64,000 nt of DNA from an uncultured Bacillales bacterium. Its GTDB lineage: Bacteria; Bacillota_I; Bacilli_A; RFN20; CAG-826. The notes beneath the pieces were generated by a model. The model was not told where the DNA came from. It did no database searches and saw only the letters and a program-made list of their open reading frames with translations. Positions 1 through 9,800 of the stretch are shown piece by piece. A program made the position numbers and the translations under genes. Within the stretch, counting starts at the first letter, position 1, and each line of letters starts with the position of its first letter. The stretch covers positions 1,557 through 65,556 of the forward strand of contig CAMJWS010000001.1 of assembly GCA_946409515.1 (NCBI GenBank), read 5' to 3'.

Positions 1-127
1 CATGTTCTTTGCAAGTAATACATATCTTTTTATCGCTGCCAGAATAAACGGCTCTTTCATATGAAAACTTATCTCCATAAAGATTCTTAGCTTCTTTGAT
101 AAATGTTTCAGTTGTTTTTCTTTTCAT
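1..127 (-). CDS. N-terminal 42-aa fragment of a homing-endonuclease-like protein; the rest of the gene lies left of the window.
   Basis: The reverse complement of 1-127 reads MKRKTTETFIKEAKNLYGDKFSYERAVYSGSDKKICITCKEHG, with ATG at 125-127 (cat on plus). This N-terminal pattern (FI.KAK..YGDK..Y....Y........I.C..HG) is typical of phage free-standing homing endonucleases. It continues the nuclease gene series on the same strand. Confidence 0.4.
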   Translation of the reverse strand, partial: MKRKTTETFIKEAKNLYGDKFSYERAVYSGSDKKICITCKEH

Positions 128-130
128 ATT

Positions 131-1372
131 CTAATCTACATATTTCCAATGGTAACCGCCAGCCACACTTCTTTTGCCTTTACAACATTTGGTTATACTT
201 GTTGCATCCTTAAGATTAGCAAATCTAGCTGCATCACCCATAGATTCAAAAACCTCGTTCGTTTCAACGCATAACACCATTTTATTTGCTTTGCTTTTTC
301 CTTTATACTTCAAGCCAAGCCTATGAGCTTCAGTATTAATTGCTCGGCTGGTTCTAGAAGGCATATATTTTTTTACATCAGATCCAATTAAAGGATACTT
401 TTCTTTCAATAATTGAATTTCTTTTTTCGAAAATTTATCGGCACGTTTTGTTGTTGGCTTTTTCTCATATGAACTTTTATCTTTTGCAAAGCAAAAATGC
501 AAACCTGCGGTACCATTTTCTTTTCCGTTACAGCATCTTAGAATCTTGCCTGTGTTTGCTCCTGTGCATTCATGAGCTTCATTTGCGTTTTTGTAGACAG
601 CATCGGTTTCAAAACAATAAATTTTTTCATTTCTTGAAAATGACATTTCTGCAGGTTCCCAATTAATAGAATAATCCCTTTCGTAGCACCAAAAAAATCC
701 ATTGGCTTTTCTTTGTTTTCTATTGCAACAAGAAACAATGCTGCCACCACTAAATCCTAAATTATTCACTACTTGAGTTATGCTTTCAAATTTACGAATA
801 ACATTGAAATCATCATCTATTTGTAAAACAGGAGAAACGAGTTTGTTGTCTTTTGGTTTCCAATTAGTTGAGTAATTTTTCTTGTAACACCAAAAGTATC
901 CTTTGCATGAATGCTTTTCTCCTTCACAACATCTTCTAATCTGAGATGCGTTCCCTTCACCTTTGCCAAATTGTCTCGATGCTTCAGCGGTACTTGGGAA
1001 TTCTTTTAAGACACGAAGAGTTGTTTTGTCAATCTGTAAAACAGGATACCCCAAATGTTCTGCCGAATCACCACCAAGAGTCATATTGTATCCGTTAGAA
1101 TTTGGAAACCCTATATATGAATTGTAATGTGAAATCCAAAACACTTCTCTTTTATTAGCCAATTCTTGTGTTGGAATATTATTCTCTATAATTGAACTTT
1201 CAAAACTATCCCATCCATATTTTTTAATAGCTTTTGCAAAAACGGACGAATGGTTATCAGATGTGTAGCCCAATCCTTTTTTCCATCTCAAAGATGGAAG
1301 CTGTTTGGTTTGACCAATATACACTTTCCCATTCTTTTTATTAGTATGTTTGTAGATTAACCATGTTGTCAT
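131..1372 (-). CDS. GIY-YIG family homing-type endonuclease with four C-terminal NUMOD1/IENR1 DNA-binding repeats.
   Basis: The N-terminus (IYKHTNKKNGKVYIGQT...REVFWI...NMTLGG) fits the GIY-YIG catalytic motifs (GIY..YIG, R, E, N). It is followed by four ~45-aa repeats ending in the CC.GK/R....GY.W.Y signature (IRRCCEGEKHSCKGYFWCY; IVSCCNRKQRKANGFFWCY; ILRCCNGKENGTAGLHFCF; ITKCCKGKRSVAGGYHWKY), which characterises intron-encoded-nuclease repeat / NUMOD1 modules as in I-TevI-like enzymes. Confidence 0.75.
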   Translation of the reverse strand: MTTWLIYKHTNKKNGKVYIGQTKQLPSLRWKKGLGYTSDNHSSVFAKAIKKYGWDSFESSIIENNIPTQELANKREVFWISHYNSYIGFPNSNGYNMTLGGDSAEHLGYPVLQIDKTTLRVLKEFPSTAEASRQFGKGEGNASQIRRCCEGEKHSCKGYFWCYKKNYSTNWKPKDNKLVSPVLQIDDDFNVIRKFESITQVVNNLGFSGGSIVSCCNRKQRKANGFFWCYERDYSINWEPAEMSFSRNEKIYCFETDAVYKNANEAHECTGANTGKILRCCNGKENGTAGLHFCFAKDKSSYEKKPTTKRADKFSKKEIQLLKEKYPLIGSDVKKYMPSRTSRAINTEAHRLGLKYKGKSKANKMVLCVETNEVFESMGDAARFANLKDATSITKCCKGKRSVAGGYHWKYVD

Positions 1373-3399
1373 TTTTTAATATTTGGATTTTTAACACTGC
1401 CCTTATAAAAATGTGATTTATATCTGTGCTCCACAATTGTTCCGTCTTCAAATTGCACATCTATATCATCTGCTTTTCTATATGCAATGCATGTCGCAAC
1501 CATTCCGCATTTTTGCATAATAGATACACCGATGCAACTTGCTCTTTTTTTAATAATATCGTATTGACTAATCCTAGGATGTCCTATAACGCCTTTCCTT
1601 AATGAATCAAGTTTCTTGTGTCTAACAATTGTCCCGTCCTCGAATTCAACATCAATATCATCGCTTCTGCGATAGGCAATTATCGTAGCTTTCAAACCAC
1701 AACTCATCATATAAGTTTCAGGTTCAAACGACCTGAACTCTTCTTTTACAATTTTGCTAGATTTTATCTTTGATAAAAGTGTTTCATTTAAAGTAACATT
1801 TTCGTTAATACCAAGTTCGTGAAGTAATATGTTTAAATACCTCTCTAATTCACTTAATAAATTATCATAATCTCCTGCGTTGGAAGTTGATTCTAAACAA
1901 TAGTTGATATGTTTCGGGCCATTATGAATAACACAACCTTTTTCTAGGAAAGTGTAGATTTTACTAATTTCTTTTGCTTTCGAAATTAGCTCAAATTTCA
2001 TAGTACTTTTCTGAGTTTCTTCTGAGTGCCATTTAACACCATCGTATTCAACGCCGACCTTAAGAGATGGAATCCAAATATCTATTTCAAGATTGCTTTT
2101 TGTCGCTGGATTCTTTAACCAATTAGGTCTGTAGTTGTGGTCAACTTTTTTGAAATATTTTTTAAGAAAATAATAGATTATTTGTTCAGGAAGAGAACCA
2201 CTCAAAATGTTAGGATTAGCAATTGAGCCATTAACAAAACAGGATTTTGTTTTATGTTCAACAATAGTTCCGTCCTCAAATTGAATATCAATATCTTCTG
2301 AATTCCTATATTTAATACAAGTTGCATTCATTCCATTATTCATCAGTTTTGTTTCGCCTTCGCATGAATATGGATCATAGTTTGGATTGCTTATTTCACC
2401 TCTTAAAAACGATGCTTTTGTTCTATGTTCTACTATGGTGCCATCCTCAAATTCAACATCAATATCATCGCTTCTTCTATACGAAACACAAACGGCTTTT
2501 TGTCCGTTGAGCATCTTTCTGCTTTCGCCAAGACAAGAGTATGGATCGTAATTGGGATTTTGTAGTGAACCATTTACAAAATAATCTTTTCGAGTATGTT
2601 CAACTACCGTTCCATCTTCAAATTGAACATCAATGTCATCAGTTTTCCTATATCCGATGCAGGTAGCCTTTTGTCCATTATTCATATCAACTGTTTGACC
2701 CAGACAAGATGACATATTGTGATTTTGAATCAAGCCTCTAATAAATTCATATCTATATCTATGTTTAACGATAGTTCCATCTTCAAATTGGACATCGATA
2801 TCTTTGGCTCCACGGTCAATGATGCATGTAGCTTTCATTCCACAATTTTGAAGAATTGTTCTTCCAATACAGCTAAAGCGATTGTAGTTAGGATTTTTAA
2901 TTCCTCCATTAAGAAAAGTGTTCTTTTGTTTATGGTAAACAATTGTTCCATCTTCAAATTGAACGTCTATATCTACGTTTGTACGGTAAGCAATACATTT
3001 TGCTTTTTGACCATTTTTTTGAGTCACTTCAATATTTAATACAGATGCTTTTGTGGATGAATTACATTTAGGGCTAGTAATATTACCTGACTTAAACTTA
3101 TCTATTGCTCTATGTTCAACGATTGTTCCATCTTCAAACTGGACATCTATATCATAGTAACCGCGATAAGCGATAATTGTTGCTACTTGGCCATTAAACA
3201 TTTTGTTGCTTTTGCCAATCCAAAAATTAGGATTTTTAACTTCTCCTTTTAAAAATTGGTATTTTGTTGTTTTTACAATAGTTCCATCTTCAAACTGGAC
3301 ATCAATGTCTTGTGGTTTTCTATAAGCAACACAAACGGCGTATTGCCCATTATTCATCAACCTTTTGTCTCCAACGTTAACAATCTTTTCGTTCAACAT
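1369..3399 (-). CDS. Vsr-like (PD-(D/E)XK, DUF559-type) endonuclease domain embedded in nine novel ~43-aa tandem repeats (seven N-terminal, two C-terminal).
   Basis: The central segment NYRPNWLKNPATKSNLEIDIWIPSLKVGVEYDGVKWHSEE matches the Vsr/DUF559 core (E.D.(Y/W)IP.L..(A/G)(I/V)EYDG..WH). Nine copies of NGQKATCIAYRxxDDIDVQFEDGTIVEHxxKxxFxxGxIxNPNY flank it; the repeat is not recognised as any known family. The start overlaps the GIY-YIG gene stop by 4 nt (ATGA), consistent with co-transcription. Confidence 0.6.
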   Translation of the reverse strand: MLNEKIVNVGDKRLMNNGQYAVCVAYRKPQDIDVQFEDGTIVKTTKYQFLKGEVKNPNFWIGKSNKMFNGQVATIIAYRGYYDIDVQFEDGTIVEHRAIDKFKSGNITSPKCNSSTKASVLNIEVTQKNGQKAKCIAYRTNVDIDVQFEDGTIVYHKQKNTFLNGGIKNPNYNRFSCIGRTILQNCGMKATCIIDRGAKDIDVQFEDGTIVKHRYRYEFIRGLIQNHNMSSCLGQTVDMNNGQKATCIGYRKTDDIDVQFEDGTVVEHTRKDYFVNGSLQNPNYDPYSCLGESRKMLNGQKAVCVSYRRSDDIDVEFEDGTIVEHRTKASFLRGEISNPNYDPYSCEGETKLMNNGMNATCIKYRNSEDIDIQFEDGTIVEHKTKSCFVNGSIANPNILSGSLPEQIIYYFLKKYFKKVDHNYRPNWLKNPATKSNLEIDIWIPSLKVGVEYDGVKWHSEETQKSTMKFELISKAKEISKIYTFLEKGCVIHNGPKHINYCLESTSNAGDYDNLLSELERYLNILLHELGINENVTLNETLLSKIKSSKIVKEEFRSFEPETYMMSCGLKATIIAYRRSDDIDVEFEDGTIVRHKKLDSLRKGVIGHPRISQYDIIKKRASCIGVSIMQKCGMVATCIAYRKADDIDVQFEDGTIVEHRYKSHFYKGSVKNPNIKK
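1378..3351 (-). repeat. In-frame ~126-129-bp tandem DNA repeats (nine copies) encoding the 43-aa protein repeat; the array is interrupted by the nuclease-domain coding segment (~2210-2430).
   Basis: A recurring nucleotide motif on the plus strand (...atcaatatcatcgcttct...gttccatcttcaaattgaacatcaatatc...) at ~126-bp spacing corresponds to DIDVQFEDGTIV codons. Confidence 0.6.
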
Positions 3400-3536
3400 A
3401 AAAATATTCTAACACGACATTTCTAAAGAAAAAATGGACAAAAAGCCCATTTTCGAGTCCCACCTGTTATGCCAAAATAGTGTCCATCCCCTCTAATTTC
3501 TTAAAAGTGATACACACTAAGTTGGGAAAGTCGAGT

Positions 3537-4250
3537 TTAGCCTTTTTTAAAAATGTCAGGAGTAACTTCGATGTAACGGTGTTCGTCTTTAACACCTTTT
3601 TCGCCCCAATGGAATAAGTACATGTCCATAAATAAAGCACTTTCACGACCCAAATATTGGATTTGGTCACATAAAGTACATATGGTTGCGTACTTATATT
3701 CTTTTGCCATTAAGACTTCATCATAAAAGAATGCATTGAAATCAGCTAATAATGAATTAATTACTGAATCCCATTGAACGAAGTCTAAATCAATTATTGA
3801 TGCTCTATGCTCAATTAATTCCAAAAGGTAAATGACATTGCAAGTGCGTTTATCGAAGTTCTTTATATTTAAATATATAAAATGATGTTTTCCGACAGTT
3901 TGAGTGCCTTTTCGGATTCGATTGGTATAAATCACTATCTTGCCATCGTGATAAGGCGTGATTTTGAATTTGTTATACATATCGTATCCAACTACAACAC
4001 CATGACCGTTATTGGTATACCAGTCAACTAGCTTGTCACCACTACCAGTTCTATCGTTAGGGTCTGCCACGATTAAATAGACACCGTGTGCTTTTCTAAC
4101 GAGAACGCCTTCTTCTTCTAATCTTTTGAGGATTTTGTAGAAAGTTTTAGGCTTACAGGCAGGAAAATGATCCACTAATTCCCTGTGAATATCGAAAACA
4201 CCGCCCTTATTTTGCAGGCAATACTCACGAATTGTTTTAGTATAATTCAT
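3537..4250 (-). CDS. AbiEi-like winged-HTH protein (AbiEi_4 N-terminal domain plus uncharacterised C-terminal domain).
   Basis: The N-terminus (KGGVFDIHRELVDHF...KTFYKILKRLEEEGVLVRKAHGVYLI) follows the AbiEi antitoxin N-domain pattern (G.F...EL........Y..L..L...G.L.R...GVY). No AbiEii nucleotidyltransferase partner is adjacent. Confidence 0.4.
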   Translation of the reverse strand: MNYTKTIREYCLQNKGGVFDIHRELVDHFPACKPKTFYKILKRLEEEGVLVRKAHGVYLIVADPNDRTGSGDKLVDWYTNNGHGVVVGYDMYNKFKITPYHDGKIVIYTNRIRKGTQTVGKHHFIYLNIKNFDKRTCNVIYLLELIEHRASIIDLDFVQWDSVINSLLADFNAFFYDEVLMAKEYKYATICTLCDQIQYLGRESALFMDMYLFHWGEKGVKDEHRYIEVTPDIFKKG

Positions 4251-4371
4251 TAAATGCTTACTCCTTTCTGATTGTCCAAGACGACTTTCACATAAAAATT
4301 ACCGCACTATTTTATTTTTGTCAGCGCTTTTTTTAAATTAATCCGGCATTGCCTATTTTTATAAATAAAAA

Positions 4372-4411
4372 CGACATCCTGTATATTCTACAAAATGTCG
4401 ACTTTTTGTGA
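4372..4411 (-). terminator. Rho-independent terminator downstream of tRNA-fMet.
   Basis: Inverted repeat cgacat...atgtcg. On the minus strand it is followed by TTTTTATTT. Confidence 0.45.
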
Positions 4412-4412
4412 T

Positions 4413-4488
4413 TGGTTGCGGAGGCAGGATTTGAACACTGCGACCTCCAGGTTATGGGCCTGACGAGCTACCACTGCTCTACTCCGCG
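4413..4488 (-). tRNA. tRNA-Met (anticodon CAT), initiator-like.
   Basis: The minus-strand read CGCGGAGTAGAGCAGTGGTAGCTCGTCAGGCCCATAACCTGGAGGTCGCAGTGTTCAAATCCTGCCTCCGCAACCA is near-identical in architecture to E. coli/B. subtilis tRNA-fMet. It has the C1·A72 mismatch, a TTCAAAT T-loop and an encoded CCA. The anticodon loop reads CCCATAA, with C rather than U at position 33. Confidence 0.8.
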
Positions 4489-4519
4489 ATCTCGCCCGGA
4501 GTTTAGTCCAGGCAATTGA

Positions 4520-4696
4520 TTACTTGCGATTTTTACGACGAGCGTTTTCGCTTTTCACTTTTCTCTTAAGAGATTTCTTTAAGAAAAATTCTCTCTTACG
4601 GGCTTCTTGGATAGTGCCAGCTTTATTAACTTGTCTTTTGAATCTACGAAGAGCATCATCTAATGTTTCGTTTTCACGAACTGAAGTCTTTGGCAT
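4520..4696 (-). CDS. rpsU: 30S ribosomal protein S21 (bS21).
   Basis: 58 aa: [58 protein letters not shown], with a GGAGG RBS 8 nt upstream. It falls below the 60-aa cutoff of the ORF track. Confidence 0.9.
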   Translation of the reverse strand: MPKTSVRENETLDDALRRFKRQVNKAGTIQEARKREFFLKKSLKRKVKSENARRKNRK

Positions 4697-4771
4697 GTCT
4701 ATTCACCTCCTTGAAGCTTTTCGCAACGTGTCTATTATTACAAAGTAGTCTAACTATTGCAAGTATTATTA

Positions 4772-5410
4772 TTAAATAATTTTCGCACCACTGGATGTGC
4801 CGATGCGGTTAGCACCCGCTTCAACCATGGCAATAAGGTCTTCGTGTGTACGAACACCACCACTGGCTTTAACGCCCATTTCTGGACCAACAGTTTCTCT
4901 CATGAGTTTCACTGCTTCAACAGTGGCACCACCAGTTGAGAAGCCTGTACTTGTTTTAACAAAGTCAGCGCCAGCTTCTTTAGCGGCTTTACAAGCACGA
5001 ACGATTTCATCGTTACTTAATAAGCATGTTTCAATAATGACTTTTAAGATGATATTGTGTCCAACGGCTTGTTTGATTTCTCTGATTTCTTCTCTGACAT
5101 AATCATCATGGCCAGCTTTTAACATACCGACATTGATAACCATGTCAACCTCATCAGCGCCCTCCTTAACAGTGAGAACTGCTTCTTCCACTTTAGTTTT
5201 GGTTAAGTTCATACCAAGAGGGAAACCAATAACGGTGCAGACTTTAACATCACTATCTTCTAAGCACTTCGCGGCTAATGGGACATAAGCAGGATTAACA
5301 CAAACTGACATAAAGTCAAATTGTTTTGCTTCTTCACAGAGTTTAACAATTTGTTCTGGGGAAGCGTCTTGTTTTAATAAAGTATGATCAATAAGTTTAT
5401 TGTATTGCAT
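4772..5410 (-). CDS. deoC: Deoxyribose-phosphate aldolase.
   Basis: Full-length match to the DeoC pattern ([42 protein letters not shown]). Confidence 0.9.
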   Translation of the reverse strand: MQYNKLIDHTLLKQDASPEQIVKLCEEAKQFDFMSVCVNPAYVPLAAKCLEDSDVKVCTVIGFPLGMNLTKTKVEEAVLTVKEGADEVDMVINVGMLKAGHDDYVREEIREIKQAVGHNIILKVIIETCLLSNDEIVRACKAAKEAGADFVKTSTGFSTGGATVEAVKLMRETVGPEMGVKASGGVRTHEDLIAMVEAGANRIGTSSGAKII

Positions 5411-5502
5411 TGTCTATTTGCTCCTTTGCAAGCATTTTATTATAACAAATATTATCGCAAGAAAAAAGACGAGTTTCCTCGCCTTTATTTTATAAAGAAT
5501 TA

Positions 5503-6873
5503 TTATGCTTTTTGTTTCTTAGCTTTTTCAGCATTAAGCACTCTTAGTTCATCAACCCAGTTGGTATCTTTAACTTCACCTTGAGTTAAGCCATCTTTTT
5601 CCATCGCTGCTTTGATGAGTTCTTTACATCTTCTAACTGATAAGCCAGATCTAACTTTGAAGAGTAAAGGCATTTCAGCATAGTTTGGTCTATGGCCAAC
5701 ATCTTCGACTGGTATGGTTGAATCTTTATAGTCTTCTGGAGATAAGGCTAAGTAGACTTTTAATGTTTTACCAACAAGATAAATCTTTACATATCTCTTA
5801 TCTTTTAATCTAAAGGTTTCACCACCTCTAGATAATCTAGCTTTAACACCATAAGAGAGGATTTCATTCTTTAATTCGTTATAGTTAACCTTGGTTTCAG
5901 TTTCCGCGGTAATAATACGCATAAAGAATGGTTGACGTTTACTTCTATTCCAGCCTTCTTCCTCTTCTTCTGGGATAGGTGCTGGAGCAGGTTTCTCTTC
6001 TTTTTGAAGAGGTTTTGGATTATCAAGTTGAGGCCAAACGGTTCTAGCAACTTTCCAGAAATCAATTGAACCATAAATGGCTTTCTTTTCAGGAACTGGC
6101 TTTGGTTCTGGTTTAGGTTCTTCTTTAACTTCTTCTACAACTGGCTCAGGTTCCTTAACTGGTTCTTCCACCACGACTGGAACTGGTTCTGGTTTAGGTT
6201 CTTCTTTTTGAGCCTCATTACCAACGATAATCACTTTGAATGGTTGGTTCTTAATGAGTTCATCTCTCACGATTCTTCTAATGTATTCATCGTCACCTTC
6301 TTCTTCGTAATATTCTTCACGAATAGCTTTAGAAGCATTGAACGCTAGGAAGGAACGAATAACACACCAGAAATAGAAGATAATGGATAAGAGGAAGTAT
6401 AACGCTGTTAAGGCCACCATAACTAATGCAAGGAGCTTTAACGAGGTCACTTCACCATTCATCATGTGCCAGTACATTCTCGCTCCACTTGCTAAAACGA
6501 CATATATTAAGAAACTAATAAATGATAGAGCAATAGCGTGGCCCATAATGCTGGTGTTCTTTTTATCGTTAATGATAATACCGGCAATTAAGAAGATAAC
6601 CCAGCAAATGAATAAGGCGTACAAGAACGCACTTAGTGCAAAGTAAACAATGCTAGATCCACTAGGATATCTAAATAAGACAAGATCTAGTAAGCCATGT
6701 AAGTGGTATTTCATTACCCCTACGAAGCTAGCTAAATCTGCATCACCGGTTTTCTTAGCAAACAATGCTAAGACGATGAAGCACGCTAGGAACGCCACTG
6801 CTACAAATATAGTAGCGGCAAGTAGTCTTTTAAGACCTTTACTTAATTTTGTTTTTGAGTTTTCCATAATCAA
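5503..6873 (-). CDS. Integral membrane protein with a Pro/Glu/Lys-rich linker and an uncharacterised cytoplasmic C-terminal domain; operonic with the giant surface-protein gene.
   Basis: About five predicted TM helices at the N-terminus, then KEEPKPEPVPVVVEEPVKEPEPVVEEVKEEPKPEPKPV low-complexity linker. It lies 12 nt downstream of the 3999-aa gene on the same strand. Confidence 0.5.
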   Translation of the reverse strand: MIMENSKTKLSKGLKRLLAATIFVAVAFLACFIVLALFAKKTGDADLASFVGVMKYHLHGLLDLVLFRYPSGSSIVYFALSAFLYALFICWVIFLIAGIIINDKKNTSIMGHAIALSFISFLIYVVLASGARMYWHMMNGEVTSLKLLALVMVALTALYFLLSIIFYFWCVIRSFLAFNASKAIREEYYEEEGDDEYIRRIVRDELIKNQPFKVIIVGNEAQKEEPKPEPVPVVVEEPVKEPEPVVEEVKEEPKPEPKPVPEKKAIYGSIDFWKVARTVWPQLDNPKPLQKEEKPAPAPIPEEEEEGWNRSKRQPFFMRIITAETETKVNYNELKNEILSYGVKARLSRGGETFRLKDKRYVKIYLVGKTLKVYLALSPEDYKDSTIPVEDVGHRPNYAEMPLLFKVRSGLSVRRCKELIKAAMEKDGLTQGEVKDTNWVDELRVLNAEKAKKQKA

Positions 6874-6885
6874 TTCTCCTTTCCA

Positions 6886-9800
6886 TTAGTTTTGATAAGG
6901 AATTGTGAATCTAGTTATATAAACCAGATAATCGGAAGCGGCTCCAAAACGAGCCTTAATGGCGCTGACTGATGCTGAATCTTCATCGCCTTCGCAATAA
7001 ACTGTTTTTGCTGCTGGAGTACCACCGATAGCAGATACACCAACAGTTACAATAGTATCAGGTAAGTAAATAGTTGAAAGAGAAGAACAATAGCCAAAAG
7101 CCCATGTGCCAATGGTAGTTACGCCCTTAGGAATTAAAATGGATTTTAAAGACTGGCAACGATAGAACGCATAATCACCAACTGTTGTCACGCCAGTCTT
7201 TGGAAGAGTAATGTTCACGATATTTGCGCAACCATCGAATGCATGAGCAGCAATATCACCACCACCAAGAATTGTGACATCAGTTAAATTTTCTGGGATA
7301 AAGTATGGTTGCGTACTGTATGTGGAAGCGCCAAAGATGGAACCAAAGTGACTACCAGCAATACCAACATTTGTGCCAATAAATGGAAGAACGACTTTTT
7401 CCACATTTCTGCAACCATCATATGCGCCAAAGCCAATAGAAGTGACACTAGTTGGAAGTGCAATTGAACGGAAGGATGTACAGTTTATGAAAGCTTGTTC
7501 ACCAATGAAAGCGACACCATTAGGAATAACGACGTCTTCTAATTGAGAACATCCATAGAAAGATCTACTTCCAATTGAGGTTACACTATTTGGAATCGTA
7601 ATGGAGCTTAAGGATGTACAATTTCCGAAAGCTAATTCGCCAATAGAAGTGATACCTTCAGAAAGTACAATCTCTTCGACATTTGAACAGTAATAGAATG
7701 TTCTATCAGCAATGTATTCACCACCACTAATGACAATGGTCTTAAGTGTTAGAGGAATGCTACTATTGAATAAATTGCTAATAGTAACACTACGTGTGTC
7801 CGTTTCGTTGGCATATTTATATGTTGAAGGTAGTTTAAGATATTCTAATGACGGACAACCAGCTAGTGATTTATCTAACCATTCGATGTTACCGGCAAAT
7901 GTCACTGATTTAACATTATTACAGCCTTCAAATGCCCATTCATATAGTTCATAGTTATCGCCTGTGATGATGATTGTCTCAAGACTTGTTGGAATCTTTG
8001 GAGTGTTATCCTTTGTATAATCAACATCAAAGATATAATTCATACGGCAATATGTTGTATTTGAAGCTGGGTTAGAATCATTGATTGAATAGTTTCTTCT
8101 GCCAACAAATGGAATTGATAGAGTTTCAAGACTTGTACAGCCATCTAACATGCCTTGGCCCATTTCAGTAACGGAATTTGGAACTTCAACGCTAACTAAT
8201 GAAGAACAGCCTAAGAACGCTGCACTACCAATAGAGGTAACAGTGTTAGGAATAGCAATTGCCTCTAAGGAAGAACAATTCTTAAATGCGGCAGTTGGAA
8301 TTGCAGTAAATGATACATTATTTGGAAGTAGAGCATACTTAAGTGAAGTACAACCTTCAAATGCACTATAGCCAATTGAGGTAACGCTATCTGGGATAAC
8401 GATTGATTCTAATGAAGAACAATTGAGGAATGCATTATAAGGAATTGCAGTAAGTGTAGATGGAAGTACAACGTTCTTTAAACCGCCGCAATCTTTGAAA
8501 GCATTATATCCAATGGTCTCAAGTGTTGATGATAGTTTAGCGTATTCTAATGAAGTACAACCTTCAAATGCACTATAGCCAATTGAGGTAACGCTATCTG
8601 GGATAACGATTGATTCTAATGAGACACAACCATAGAACGCATTGTTATCAATAGCGGTAATACCTTGTGGTAAGGCAACTGTTTCTAAGGATGCACAGTT
8701 CCAGAATGTTCGATAATTAATCGTCGACATTGAGCCTGTAAAGATGATTGTTTTAACACTTCCACATCCTTCAAAAGTATTTTTATAGATTTGATCATCA
8801 CCAACAACAGTGATGCTTTCAAGAACAGGAGAAACTCCAGTCCAGAACAAATCTTTGAAAACTTTGTCTGAAAGAGCTTTAGAAGGAACAGTCATATGTT
8901 TGAGATTTGTGCAACCATCAAATGTCCAAATGCTAATATTGGCGTTTGGACAGTCAATGACTACTGATTCAAGCATTGAACAGTTTCTAAAAGAATTTTG
9001 GACAATATTGGATTCAGAAGCGTTTGTAATGATAACGTTTCTTAATGAAGCAGGGATGAAATAATAATAATCATTTTGACCATAGGTGAATTGGTAAACA
9101 CCATCACCTTCATATGTTGCTCCGCTTTCATTATTATGTACATCAAAGCCAAAGATGAAGCCAAACATTCTTTCATTTGTATAGTTGCTACTATTGAAGC
9201 GACCAACGTGTGGAATTGATAATGTTTCTAAAGATGAACATCCTTTAAACGCTCCTTCTCTAATTTGAATAACACTGTTTGGAATATAAGCACTCTTCAA
9301 AGAAGTACAATTTAAGAAGGTATCTGTGGAGATAATCTCAACACCATTTGGAACAACAATAGATTCTAACGCTGTGCATCCACTGAATGTTTCGCTACCA
9401 AGATTAGTAAGAGTCGCTGGAAGAACGATGTTCTTAAGAGCAGTACAATCTTTAAAAGCTTGATTATTGATTTCGGTCACGCCAGATGGAAGAACAATAC
9501 TTTCCATTGAAATACAATTCATGAATGAACCAGCACCAATGGTTGTAATAGGTTCTGGAATTACTACGCCTTTTAAAGAAATACAGTTTGCAAACATACT
9601 TCCGTTAAGAGCGGTAAAGGAAGCATTATTTGGAAGCATGACATAAGTCAATGAACTACAGCCATTGAAAACACCCCACATGCTAGTAACGCTGTTTGGA
9701 ATAACGACACTCACTAATGAGGTACAATTCATGAATGCGCCGTTTCCGATTGTAACCACACTATTTGGTATAGAAATATTTGTTAAAGCGCTGCAATTTG

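Noticed and set aside
2322-3039. Plus-strand ORFs 2322-2510 and 2719-3039 inside the repeat-nuclease gene.
   Set aside because: They are antisense to a well-supported minus-strand CDS, low-complexity, and lack an RBS. They are frame artefacts of the repeats.
3400-3536. Hairpin/terminator between the AbiEi-like gene and the repeat-nuclease gene, and the small ORF 3467-3670.
   Set aside because: The stem is only 4 bp. The small ORF overlaps the AbiEi-like gene end and has no RBS.
1-4411. Calling the nuclease island a prophage.
   Set aside because: No integrase, terminase, capsid or tail genes and no att repeat are visible within the window. Only the HEG content and tRNA adjacency support mobility, so it is reported as a hypothesis.
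4524-4748. Plus-strand 74-aa ORF.
   Set aside because: It lies opposite the clear rpsU gene (4520-4696, minus). The product is Leu/Arg/Ser-rich nonsense.
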